A program made the translations under genes and the position numbers. A stretch of 64,000 nt of DNA from an uncultured Acidobacteriota bacterium (lineage in GTDB: Bacteria; Actinomycetota; Acidimicrobiia; Spongiisociales; ZC4RG35): contig CAWACX010000002.1 of the NCBI GenBank assembly GCA_963780755.1, positions 609,813 through 673,812 on the forward strand, in the 5' to 3' direction. Below, in pieces: positions 28,178 through 38,053 of this stretch; positions within the stretch are counted from its first letter, which is position 1; every line of letters starts with the position of its first letter. Under the pieces are notes generated by a model. The model had not been told where the DNA came from, searched no databases, and saw only the letters and a list, made by a program, of their open reading frames with translations.

Positions 28178-29499
28178 AGGACCGGCAGGTAGGTCTCGAG
28201 CTCGAAACGGGAGACGTGGTGCTGGAAGCGGTCCCACTCCCGCCGCTTGTTGCGGAGGAACCAGTCGAAGACGTGCTCCCCGAGTGCCTCGGCCACCAAC
28301 TCGGACCGCTCCATGCTGTCGAGGGCCTCGGCCAGGGTCTCCGGAAGGCGTCGCACACCTGCGGCGGCCCGCTCCGCTGAGGTCAGTCGGTGGATGTCGG
28401 CTGCGACCTCGGGTGGGAGCTCGTATCCCTCTTTGATCCCGGCCAGGCCCGCGGCCAGGATCACCGAGAGTGCCAGGTACGGGTTGCAGGCGGTGTCCGC
28501 AGCCCGATACTCGACCCGAACACTCGAGGGCTTGTTCTTCTTCACCGAGGGCACCCGCACCAGGGCCGACTGGTTGTTGCGCGCCCAGGACACGTAGATC
28601 GGGGCGTCGAATCCCGCCACCAACCTCTTGTAGGAGTTGACCCATTGGTTGGTTATGGCGGTGATCTCCGGGGCGTGTCGGAGCAGCCCGGCGATGAAGG
28701 CCTGCCCTACCTTGGACAGCCCGCCCGGTGTCCCCGGCTCGTGGAAGGCGTTGACCTCACCCTCGAAGAGCGAGAGATGGAGGTGCATCCCCGATCCGTC
28801 GTAGTCCTCGAGCGGCTTGGGCATGAAGGTGGCATAGATCCCGTGTTGCAGAGCGACTTCCTTCACGGTGAGCCGGGAAGTCATGATGTTGTCGGCCATG
28901 GTGAGGGCGTCTGTGTAACGCACGATGATCTCGTGCTGGCTGGGGGCCACCTCGTGGTGGGAGTGCTCCACGGGGATTCCCATGTGCTCCAGCGCATTGA
29001 TCGTGTTCCGCCGGTACTCCTGGGCGACGTCGAGCGGGGTCAGATCGAAGTACCCGCCCCGGTCGAGGACTTCGGGCTCGGGCCCGGAGTCCCTGAAATA
29101 GAAGAATTCGAGCTCGGGAGCGGCATAGAAGATGTAGCCCATCTCGGCGGCCTTCTCCACGTTCCGCTTGAGGACGATGCGAGGATCGCCGGAGAACGGC
29201 TCGCCATCGGGGGTGTAGATGTCGCAGAACATCCGTGCCACCTGCTCCTCGGTGCGCCAAGGGAGCACCTGGAAGGTGGAAGGGTCGGGTTTCGCCAGCA
29301 TGTCCGCTTCCTGGATGCGGGCGTACCCGTCGATCGAGGAGCCGTCGAAGGTCATGCCCTCCTCGAAGGCGACCTCGAGCTCGGCGGGGCCGATGGAGAC
29401 CGACTTGAGGAATCCCTGGACATCGGTGAACCACAGCCTGACGAAACGGATCCGCCGCTCCTCGACTGTCCTCAGCACGTACTCGGCTTGTTTGTTCAT
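28174..29499 (-). CDS. glnA: glutamine synthetase type I (GlnA2-like, ~441 aa)
   Basis: MNKQAEYVLRTVEERRIRFVRLWFTDVQG...; GS catalytic motifs; start trimmed to ATG 29499. Confidence 0.9.
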   Translation of the reverse strand: MNKQAEYVLRTVEERRIRFVRLWFTDVQGFLKSVSIGPAELEVAFEEGMTFDGSSIDGYARIQEADMLAKPDPSTFQVLPWRTEEQVARMFCDIYTPDGEPFSGDPRIVLKRNVEKAAEMGYIFYAAPELEFFYFRDSGPEPEVLDRGGYFDLTPLDVAQEYRRNTINALEHMGIPVEHSHHEVAPSQHEIIVRYTDALTMADNIMTSRLTVKEVALQHGIYATFMPKPLEDYDGSGMHLHLSLFEGEVNAFHEPGTPGGLSKVGQAFIAGLLRHAPEITAITNQWVNSYKRLVAGFDAPIYVSWARNNQSALVRVPSVKKNKPSSVRVEYRAADTACNPYLALSVILAAGLAGIKEGYELPPEVAADIHRLTSAERAAAGVRRLPETLAEALDSMERSELVAEALGEHVFDWFLRNKRREWDRFQHHVSRFELETYLPVL

Positions 29500-29527
29500 C
29501 GATGGGCTCCCGGTGTCCGGCCACACA

Positions 29528-30655
29528 TTATGAATCCGCCGACCCGGGAATGGAATCGACGGTGCGGCCAGGGGCGGACACGGTCAGGCTGATGGCCAGC
29601 ACCGCACATCCGGCGGCCAACGTCACCACCCAGGCCACGGCGGACCGCAGCCCGATTCGGTCGGCGCCGAGGCCGATCAGCGCCGGGCCGAGCATGATCC
29701 CGAGCCGGGTGCCCACGGTGAGGGCGGCGAGCCCGGCGCCTTCGGAGAAGGAGGAGTGCGATCCGGCGAGCTTGTAGAGCACCGGGAGCGCGACCGAGAT
29801 CCCCAGCCCCCAGATACCGAACCCGAGCAGGGCCATGCCCACCGTCGATGACGTGACGACGATGAACATTGCGGCGACTGCCACCCCGATCCCGGTGAAG
29901 AGAGTCCGTCGGCCCCCGAGGCGATCGACCACGAAGTCCCCACCCATGCGACCGATGAGCGTCCCTCCGGTGAAGAGAATGAGGCCGACTCCACCTGTCG
30001 TTCCGACCTCATCCACGAGGAAGATCGCGCTCCAATCGAATGGCGCCCCTTCGATCATCACCGCGGTGGCTCCGGCAAGCATCAACCCGATTGCGAGCCG
30101 GCCCGACCGTTCGCCAACCCTGGCCCTCAACGGCGCAGAGGGCACCATGCGCGCTGCGAAGAACACGACTAGGAGTCCCACCACCGCAGTGACCGACAGC
30201 TGGGTACCGAGACCGATGTCGGCGCTCACTGCCAGAGCGGCGATCCCGGCGCCGAGAAAAGTCCCCAGGCTCCACATCCCATGAAGGCGGGTCATGATCG
30301 ATCGCCCGACTTGCTCCTCCACCCTCACCCCGACTGCGTTCATCCCAACGTCGGTCTGGGCGTCCAAGAATCCGAGCACGCCCAGCACCACGGCCAGCCA
30401 GGCCACAGAGGGCACGAGAGCGATCAAAGGGAGCAGGGCAAAGAGGAGGACCGATCCCAGCACCGCCGACGTCTTCGACCCGAGGCGCCCCAGGATCACC
30501 CCGCTCAGCGAGGAGCCCGTGATCGCGCCCAGACCTCCGAGGGCGAGAGCCAGGCCCAGGGTCCCCAGGTCGACTCCGAGCCGGTCCCGGATCTCAGGAA
30601 GACGGGGAAGCCAGCTTCCGGCGACGGCGCCATTGGCGAGAAAGATCAACGCCAC
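29528..30655 (-). CDS. MFS transporter
   Basis: 375 aa, about 12 TM helices, MFS motif-A-like GRLGGRRT. Confidence 0.8.
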   Translation of the reverse strand: MALIFLANGAVAGSWLPRLPEIRDRLGVDLGTLGLALALGGLGAITGSSLSGVILGRLGSKTSAVLGSVLLFALLPLIALVPSVAWLAVVLGVLGFLDAQTDVGMNAVGVRVEEQVGRSIMTRLHGMWSLGTFLGAGIAALAVSADIGLGTQLSVTAVVGLLVVFFAARMVPSAPLRARVGERSGRLAIGLMLAGATAVMIEGAPFDWSAIFLVDEVGTTGGVGLILFTGGTLIGRMGGDFVVDRLGGRRTLFTGIGVAVAAMFIVVTSSTVGMALLGFGIWGLGISVALPVLYKLAGSHSSFSEGAGLAALTVGTRLGIMLGPALIGLGADRIGLRSAVAWVVTLAAGCAVLAISLTVSAPGRTVDSIPGSADS

Positions 30656-30709
30656 TCCGACGGTGGCACGGCGGACGGAGCTCAGGGCAGTGTCTTCCGG
30701 CGGTTCAGC

Positions 30710-31024
30710 TCAACGCCGTCGGGCGGCCAGCCATTTGCGACGAAGCGACTTGCGCTCCTCCTCGGTGGTCCCACCCCAGATCCCGGTCCGCTCGTTGGTC
30801 TCCAGGGCGAACTCGAGGCAGTCCTCACTCACCTCGCAGGTCGCGCATATCGCTTGAGCCCGCTCGACGATGTCCTCGATGTCGTCGCCATTGGGGAAGA
30901 AGAGGGCGTGGGGGTGTCCGGAGCAGGCAGCGCGATCCCTCCAGTCGGCAACCAGCCCGGTGCCGAGTTGTGTCGAACCATGCGTCACTGATCCGAGTTT
31001 GGTGCAGCCGCGGCCGATTTCCAA
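30710..31024 (-). CDS. WhiB-family transcription factor (second paralog)
   Basis: four Cys (AACSG...CATC...C); GIWGGTTEEERK; N-terminal extension, start uncertain. Confidence 0.75.
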   Translation of the reverse strand: MEIGRGCTKLGSVTHGSTQLGTGLVADWRDRAACSGHPHALFFPNGDDIEDIVERAQAICATCEVSEDCLEFALETNERTGIWGGTTEEERKSLRRKWLAARRR

Positions 31025-31048
31025 GACCGATTTCTGATTTGACCGAAA

Positions 31049-32038
31049 TCAGCCGACAGGCGGCGGGGCCTCTTCATCCTCGTCTGGCGGTGGCGCGGCC
31101 ATGGGCCCGGGTTCGTCGGTTACCTCTTCCTCAACGACCGGCTCCACCGGCTCCACCGGCTCCGTGACTTCGTCTGCGACCGGCGCGCTCGCCGCCGCGA
31201 CTCCGGCTGCCGTTGTGGCCTCGGGAACGACATCGGCGATTCTGGTGCGCCGGGTAGCGAGCACTATGAGCGAGATCAGGGAGACGAGTCCGATCAGCGC
31301 CGCGATCCGCGAGACCGTCGTCGAGAACGGGTCGGCGGTCAGGGTGACGAACGCGAAGCCGTCACATTGGCCCCCGTCGCCGCTGATCTCACCGCCCACT
31401 TCGAACACGCCCCGGATCACCTGCCCAGAGATATCACTGACTTCGTCCACATACGCCGATATGTCGGCGACTTCGCCCTGATTCTCGGTGTTGCCCGCGC
31501 TGTTCGACTCGCTGCCATCGGCGATCACGATCGGGAAGCCCCCGACGTCGACCCAGATCTCCCAGGTGTGGTCCATGATCGGTGCCGGCGAGGTGGCCTG
31601 CCAGGACAGCCCGCCTTCCGGGTCGATCTCGAATGGATCACCTCGAGTGGTGTCGGTCATGATGGTGCTGTCGACATCGGACTGGGCCTCGACCGTGCAC
31701 CCACCGTTGAGCTCGCCGCTCTCGTCGAGATCGGCAATTCCGGTGGCGCCCCAAGCGATCAGCGCAACTGCGATGACCATGGGAAACAGGAACGAGAAAG
31801 CGGAGGCGCGCTCCCGGCCCCACCCACTCATGAAGATGCCGATCAGGCCAAACACTCCGGCTGTGCCGAATGCCAAGAGTCGGTCGAACGGCCAGACCCC
31901 GGCCTGTTGCAGGATCACTGCGACGGAGAGGCCGAGGAGGATCCCGAGGAACAAACCGGTCCAGGGCCGGGCTCGGGTCTGAACCCTCACCGTGCCCGTT
32001 TCGCCGGTCTTCCCAATGGTGTCATCACCGTTTGGCAT
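31049..32038 (-). CDS. hypothetical membrane protein with acidic Pro-rich C-terminal tail
   Basis: 329 aa; two N-terminal TM helices, extracellular Asp/Gly-rich region, a C-terminal TM helix, VEPVEPV repeats (9-bp DNA repeat ccggctcca x3). Confidence 0.5.
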   Translation of the reverse strand: MPNGDDTIGKTGETGTVRVQTRARPWTGLFLGILLGLSVAVILQQAGVWPFDRLLAFGTAGVFGLIGIFMSGWGRERASAFSFLFPMVIAVALIAWGATGIADLDESGELNGGCTVEAQSDVDSTIMTDTTRGDPFEIDPEGGLSWQATSPAPIMDHTWEIWVDVGGFPIVIADGSESNSAGNTENQGEVADISAYVDEVSDISGQVIRGVFEVGGEISGDGGQCDGFAFVTLTADPFSTTVSRIAALIGLVSLISLIVLATRRTRIADVVPEATTAAGVAAASAPVADEVTEPVEPVEPVVEEEVTDEPGPMAAPPPDEDEEAPPPVG

Positions 32039-32141
32039 CTTTCACCTCCAGGTACGACGCGAATCTAGGACGAGACGGGAATCGATCGTCGGCAAGACCT
32101 CGATGGCTCTTGGCCCGATTGCGGGATAGCCTTGCCTTTCC

Positions 32142-32759
32142 ATGCCACGTATCCGCGCGGCCTCCATCGACGAGCACAAGGCGCTGACCAAGAGGGCCCT
32201 GCTCGATGCCGCCCAGGCCCTGATCCGGGAGTCGGGCACTGCAGACCTCCCACTGGGGGAGATCGCGCTCGCGGCCGGGGTCGGCCGCACCACTCTCTAC
32301 GACTACTTCGACGACCGCGATGACCTGATAGCGACCCTCGTCGAGGACGAGCTTCCCGGGGTGGTCGAGACCATCCTCGAGTCGGTCCCAGCGGCTGGGA
32401 GCCACGCCGAACGACTCGCCGAGCTGGCCTCTCGCACTGTCCGGTTCGTGGTGACCGACCCGGTCCTCGGAGTCATTCTTCACCGCGAGGTGGGCCGAAT
32501 GAGCCCCGCCGCCGAAGTCCGGATCAGGGCGGCACATGCCACCCTCGCCGAGACCATGATGGGCCTCTATCAGGCCGGGGTCTCGGCTGGTGATTTCCGT
32601 CTCATTCCTCCCGATCTTGCCGGGCGCTGGATTCAGGACACGATCATGTCCGCTGCGAGGTCAGTGCTCATCTCGCCGAGCCCGGCGGACCGAGTCGAGC
32701 TCGTTATACCGCACCTTCGACTTTTCCTGCTTGGCGGGCTTTCCGCCGGCCGGAGTTAA
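32142..32759 (+). CDS. TetR-family transcriptional regulator
   Basis: 205 aa; N-terminal HTH TKRALLDAAQALIRESG...IALAAGVGRTTLYDYF. Confidence 0.85.
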   Translation: MPRIRAASIDEHKALTKRALLDAAQALIRESGTADLPLGEIALAAGVGRTTLYDYFDDRDDLIATLVEDELPGVVETILESVPAAGSHAERLAELASRTVRFVVTDPVLGVILHREVGRMSPAAEVRIRAAHATLAETMMGLYQAGVSAGDFRLIPPDLAGRWIQDTIMSAARSVLISPSPADRVELVIPHLRLFLLGGLSAGRS

Positions 32760-32798
32760 CGGATCGGTAACCAGGCCGTGGTATTCATCCCAACCGAA

Positions 32799-34850
32799 AT
32801 GGAGCATTTCGACCCGGATCATTTCCTCAACCGCGAGCTCTCCTGGTTGGAGTTCAACAAGCGGGTGCTGACCCTGGTGCAACGGCCTGATTTCCCGTTG
32901 CTGGAACGTGCCAAGTTCCTTGCCATCTGGGCGGCCAACCAGGACGAGTTCTTCCAGGTCAGGGTGGCAGGCCTCAAAGAGCAGGTGGCGCACGGAGTGG
33001 GGGTCACCCCCGACGATGGGATGACGCCGAGCCAGCAATTGGCGGCCATCCGACACGACGTCGACCTCCAGTACGAGGCAGTTTCCAAGCAATTCCTGTC
33101 CGAGGTGGCCCCCGCCCTGGCCACGGAAGGAATCGTGTTCAGCGACTACCCAACACTCGATGCCGAAGACCGGGAGTTCCTCGACCGGCAGTTTCGGGAC
33201 CTGGTGTTCCCGGTGGTGACACCACTCGCAGTCGACCCCTCCCATCCCTTCCCGTACATCTCGAACCTGTCACTGAACATGGCGGTGTTCGTGAGGAATC
33301 CCGACACCGGTCTGGCCCGGTTTGCCCGGGTCAAGGTGCCGCCGATCCTGCCCCGCTTCGTGGTGCTCCCCGACGGCGAGAGGTTCGTGCCGCTGGAGCA
33401 GGTGATCGCAGCCCACTTGCCCGCTCTCTTCCCCGGCATGGAAGTCCTGGCCAACCACGTGTTCCGCGTCACCCGAAACGCCGACATCGACGTCGAAGAG
33501 GACGAGGGTGGGGACCTGTTGATGGCCATCGAGTCCGAGCTCACCCAACGTCGCTTCGGGAGGATTGTGCGTCTCGAGATACACCCCGACATGCCCGACG
33601 AGGTGCTCGACCTGCTGCTCCGGGAGATGGGCGCCACCGAGGATGACGTGTTCCGGGTGGAAGGGCCCCTCGACCTTGCCGGGCTGTGGGGGCTGTACGA
33701 CCTGGATCGCCCGGAGTTGAAGTTCGACACTTTCACCGGGGTGACGCCGGCGCGTCTTGCCGTATCTGCAGGCGAGCAGGTGGACCTGTTCGAAGTCATC
33801 CGCCAAGGCGACCTCCTCGCCCATCACCCGTACGACTCGTTCACCCCCACAGTCGAGGCGTTCATCGACCGCGCCGCCCGTGATCCCAGGGTGCTTGCGA
33901 TCAAGATGACTCTTTACCGCACCTCGAGCGACAGCCCGATCATGGCCTCATTGATCCAGGCCGCCGAGTCGGGCAAGCAAGTCGTCGCGCTGGTCGAGTT
34001 GAAGGCCCGATTCGACGAGGAGCGCAACATCGAGTGGGCGCAGCGCCTGGAGGACGCAGGCGTCCATGTCACCTATGGCGTGGTCGGGCTCAAGACGCAC
34101 ACCAAGCTCACGCTTGTGGTGCGCCGAGAGGGTGAGGGGGTTGCCCGTTACGCCCACGTCGGGACCGGCAACTACAACGAGAAGACCGCTCGGACCTATG
34201 AGGACGTCGCGATGTTCACCGGCGATCCCGACATCGGGTCGGATCTGTCCGACATCTTCAACTACCTCACCGGTTACTCCCGTCAGACCAACTACCGAAA
34301 GCTGGTCGTCTCACCCAACGGCATCCGCAGCCGGATCACCGAGTTGATCGAAGACGAGGCTTCACGGACCGACGGGCACATCGTCATGAAGATGAACTCC
34401 CTGGTCGACGCCCGGATCATCGAGTCGCTATACGCGGCTTCCCGGGCCGGGACCCGGGTGGATCTCATAATTCGCGGAATCTGCTGCCTTCGCCCTGGTG
34501 TCCCTGAGCTCTCCGAGAACATCACGGTGCGCTCGATCGTGGGCCGCTATCTCGAGCACTCACGGATCTATCGCTTCGGAGCGAGGGGACGGTCCCGCCA
34601 TTACTACATCGGCTCCGCGGACCTGATGCCCCGGAACCTCGACCGCAGGGTCGAGGCCCTGGCGCCGATCCTCGATCCCGACTTGCAATTCAGGGTCGAC
34701 GAAGTCCTCGACGTGCTTCTTGCCGACGATCACCTGGCCTTCGAGCTCGCCGGTGACGGGACCTGGACCAGAGTCCCATCGGTGAAGGGCGTCGACGCCC
34801 ATATCGCCCTCCAGGAACTGGCCCGGACCCGGTCCACCGCTCACCTTTGA
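32799..34850 (+). CDS. ppk: polyphosphate kinase 1
   Basis: MEHFDPDHFLNRELSWLEFNKRVL...; autophosphorylated-His region and two PLD-like HKxxxxD modules; alternative GTG at 32778. Confidence 0.9.
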   Translation: MEHFDPDHFLNRELSWLEFNKRVLTLVQRPDFPLLERAKFLAIWAANQDEFFQVRVAGLKEQVAHGVGVTPDDGMTPSQQLAAIRHDVDLQYEAVSKQFLSEVAPALATEGIVFSDYPTLDAEDREFLDRQFRDLVFPVVTPLAVDPSHPFPYISNLSLNMAVFVRNPDTGLARFARVKVPPILPRFVVLPDGERFVPLEQVIAAHLPALFPGMEVLANHVFRVTRNADIDVEEDEGGDLLMAIESELTQRRFGRIVRLEIHPDMPDEVLDLLLREMGATEDDVFRVEGPLDLAGLWGLYDLDRPELKFDTFTGVTPARLAVSAGEQVDLFEVIRQGDLLAHHPYDSFTPTVEAFIDRAARDPRVLAIKMTLYRTSSDSPIMASLIQAAESGKQVVALVELKARFDEERNIEWAQRLEDAGVHVTYGVVGLKTHTKLTLVVRREGEGVARYAHVGTGNYNEKTARTYEDVAMFTGDPDIGSDLSDIFNYLTGYSRQTNYRKLVVSPNGIRSRITELIEDEASRTDGHIVMKMNSLVDARIIESLYAASRAGTRVDLIIRGICCLRPGVPELSENITVRSIVGRYLEHSRIYRFGARGRSRHYYIGSADLMPRNLDRRVEALAPILDPDLQFRVDEVLDVLLADDHLAFELAGDGTWTRVPSVKGVDAHIALQELARTRSTAHL

Positions 34851-34874
34851 CGGCCGATTCGGGGCGTCCTCAAC

Positions 34875-34918
34875 GTTCATCTCTCGTTCACACGGCGGTC
34901 GGATCTCGTTCAAGGCCC
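34875..34918 (+). promoter_or_regulatory. PHO box: three GTTCA direct-repeat units phased at 11 bp (PhoP/RegX3-type operator) upstream of pstS
   Basis: GTTCAtctctc GTTCAcacggc (ggtcggatctc) GTTCAaggcc, unit starts 34875, 34886, 34908 (spacings 11 and 22 bp); 80-120 bp upstream of the pstS ATG 35001. Confidence 0.6.
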
Positions 34919-35000
34919 ACTCTTAGCTTGCCGCGTGACCGTGGGGGCGAGACCTTCATGGTTTGTTGAAAACCGTTTCCCTATCAAGGAGATAGAAGGG

Positions 35001-36084
35001 ATGAAGGTCCGAATTGCCCGCCTCATCGGCTGTGTTTGCGGTGCTGGCGCTGGTCCTCGCCGCGTGCGGCGACGGGGCGCGGAGGAACGACCACGACCGC
35101 CGGCTCCGAAGAGCCAACGACCACGACTGCACCGACGAGCCGGCCACACTGCCGAGGGGGCGGCGGCGGGACCTGTCAGGGAACATCGTCGTTTCCGGAT
35201 CGTCCACTGTGGAGCCGATCGTGGCCCGGGTCGGCGGAGGCTTTCGACGGCGCCAACCCGGGTGTCGCCACCTCTGTCGAAGGGCCCGGCACCGGAGACG
35301 GCTTCGCCCGGTTCTGCGCCGGGGAGACCGACATCTCCAACGCCTCACGGCCGATTTCCGATGAAGAGATCGCCCTTGTGCGAGGAAGGCGGCAGTCGAA
35401 TACGTCGAGCTTCACGTCGCGACCGATGGGATCACGGTGATCACCAACCCGGCGAACGAAGCGGTGAGCTGCCTTGCCTTCACCGACCTCTACGCCCTCG
35501 TCGGTCCCGAGTCGGAAGGGTTCGCCAATTGGTCGGACGCCAATGCGCTGGCCGCCGAGTTGGGAGCCCCCAACGCTCCCTACGCCGACGATCCGCTGGT
35601 GATCACCGCTCCTGGTGAGGAGTCGGGCACCTATGACACCTTCGTCGAATTCGTGATCGCCGACATCTCCGAGGAGCGACTCGGTGAGGACAACGACTTC
35701 ACCCGTGCCGACTACAACGCAGCGGCCAACGACACGGTCATCGTCGACGGCATCACCGGTGATCCCACATCGCTGGGTTGGGTTGGCTTCGCCTTCTACG
35801 AGGAAAATGCCGATGCCCTCAAGGCGATCGAGTTGGACGATGGTGAGTCAGGGTGCGTCGCGCCCACGGCCGAGACCATCGCCAGCTTCGAGTACCCGCT
35901 CTCCCGGCCGCTGTTCATCTACGTGAAGACCACCGACCTGGCGAATCGGGCCGACCTGACGGCATTCGTCGACTACTTCCTCTCCGATGAGGGGTTGGCT
36001 GCGGTGACCGAAGCCGGATACGTCCAATTGCCGGCAGAGGACATCGAGGCCACCCGGGCCGCCTGGACGGGCGCCAAGGGCTAG
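35001..36084 (+). pseudogene. pstS: phosphate ABC transporter substrate-binding protein PstS, reading frame broken about 5 times
   Basis: PstS-like segments alternate between frames 3, 1, 2, 3, 1 (MKVRIARL / SAVFAVLALVLAACGDG / ...GSEEPTTTTAPTS / GNIVVSGSSTVEPI / AEAFDGANPGVATSVEGPGTGDGFARFCAGETDISNASRPISDEEIAL / VEYVELH... / MITNPANEAV...). Confidence 0.75.
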
Positions 36085-36097
36085 ACCGACTGAACGA

Positions 36098-36136
36098 TTG
36101 GGGGGCCGGACCGGCTCCGGCCCCCCAATCTCTATA
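36098..36136 (+). terminator. strong intrinsic terminator/attenuator between pstS and pstC
   Basis: ttggggggccgg-accggct-ccggccccccaa (12-bp stem) followed by tctctatatt. Confidence 0.6.
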
Positions 36137-36149
36137 TTCAGGACGAGTC

Positions 36150-37090
36150 ATGGCCTCGCTCAAACAGTAAGCAGCCTGCGATCGAACTCACAGGTGATCG
36201 GCGCCGTCGCCGGCGTGAGCGGGTGGTCGAAGTCGCTGTTCTTCGCGCGCCGCTGCGGTCGTCGATTCTGATCTCGGTGCGCCATCGTGCTGGCACTGGT
36301 CGGGCAAGGCCTGGTCGTTTTTGACCTCGATCGAAGCTCAATCAACTTTGGTCGAGTGGTTGGTTCCCACGACGGGGGCGATTCCAGCTCTCGGCGTTGC
36401 TGGTCCACACCCTGATAGTGACCGGGATCGCAATGATGGTTGCGGTCCCCTTCGGGCTGGGCTCGGCGATCTACCTCTCCGAGTACGCCAGGTCGAGTGT
36501 GCGCCGGGTCCTGAAGCCCACCCTCGAGATCCTCGCCGGGATCCCCTCGGTGGTCCTCGGCTTCTTCGCTCTCCAGTTCCTAACCCCGAACGTGGTCAAA
36601 GGCTTGTTTCCCGGGCGCTGAGACCGCCAACTTCCTCGCCGCCGGGATCGCGGTCGGGATTCTGACCGTTCCACTGATCGCATCGGTGTCCGAGGACGCG
36701 ATGCGTGCCGTCCCCTTGGCGCTGAGGGAGGCTTCGTATGGCCTGGGGGCCAAGCAGTGGCACACCGCCCTTCGGGTGGTATTCCCGGCCGCGATCTCCG
36801 GCATCATCGCCGCCATCATCCTCGGCATGTCGAGGGCGGTCGGCGAGACCATGGTCGTCGCCCTCGCCGCCGGTCTCAACGGGATAATGAACTTCAACCC
36901 GACCGGGGGCGGGCTGACCATGACCGGAGCGATGGCGAACCTGGCCGTGGGGTCCGATCAGGTGGCTGGTGACGCGGCCGCTTTCCAGTCACTCTTCTTC
37001 GTCGGCCTGGTGCTCTTCGCCTTGACCCTCGGCCTGAATGTCATTAGTCGAGCGCATGGTCCGCCGGTATCGGCAGAGGTACTGAGATGA
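36150..37090 (+). pseudogene. pstC: phosphate ABC permease PstC, fragmented by frameshifts
   Basis: PstC fragments at 36397..36621 (IYLSEYA...) and 36686..37090 (EAA-loop region RAVGETMVVALAAG) lie in different frames; the N-terminal ~80 codons from ATG 36150 are disrupted. Confidence 0.7.
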
Positions 37091-38053
37091 CGGCGACACG
37101 CAGAGACATTGTCGACTCCCGAGCTGGTTCGCAGATCGATCGAGGGGCGTCGGTTCAGCCCGGTCGAATGCCCTGGTCGACCTTCATGCTCTGTTGGCGC
37201 TGCTGTCCTCCGTGGTCATCCTCATCACTCTCCTCGCTGACACCATCGCGGCCGCAATGCCTGTGTTCCAAGCGCGGGGCCTTACCTTCGTCACCGACTC
37301 CCTGTCACCGGACGCCGGAGTCGGCGGGGATCTGGCAGGGGATCATGGGGTCGCTGGCGCTGACTGCCTTCGTGATCGTCATCTCCTTCCCTCTGGGTGT
37401 GGCGGCCGCCGTCTATCTGGAGGAATACGCGTCGGAGAACCGGGTGACCAAGTTCATCAATGCCAACATCCGCAACCTGGCCGGGGTGCCTTCGATCGTT
37501 TACGGGATCCTCGGTCTGTTTCTTTTCGTCGAGATATGATGAGCGGGGTCTTCGGTGCCGAGGAGGGGATCGGGGGCCGGAATGTCATCGCTGGTGGACT
37601 GACGCTGGCAGTCCTCGTCCTCCCGATCATGATCATCACCACCTCGGAGGCGCTGCGGGCGGTCCCCGGCGGCCTGCGCGAGGCCTCCCTTGCGGTGGGG
37701 GCAACTCGATGGGAGACGATCCGGCATCACGTCCTCCCGGTCGCCTTCCCTGCGATCCTCACCGGGTCGGTGCTCACCATCGCCCGGGCGTTCGGGGAAT
37801 CGGCGCCTTTGCTGCTCGCCGGCGCCCAACTCTCCTTGTTCTTCAGCGTCTCCAGCGAAGCGTCCTTCGTCGACTTGGTCTCCAACCAGCCCTACACGGC
37901 GCTGCCGATCGTCATTTCAACTTCGCACGACAACCGCAGGAGGCATTCGTAGCGCTCACCGCGGCCTCGATCGTCGTGCTCTTGGTCATGTTGCTCACGG
38001 TCAATGCCGTGGCGGTGATCATGCGTGACCGGTTCGAGCGGAGATATCGATGA
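37087..38053 (+). pseudogene. pstA: phosphate ABC permease PstA, at least 4 frame changes
   Basis: PstA-like segments alternate between ORFs 37087..37539, 37194..37952 and 37460..38053 (C-terminal ...AVIMRDRFERRYR). Confidence 0.7.
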
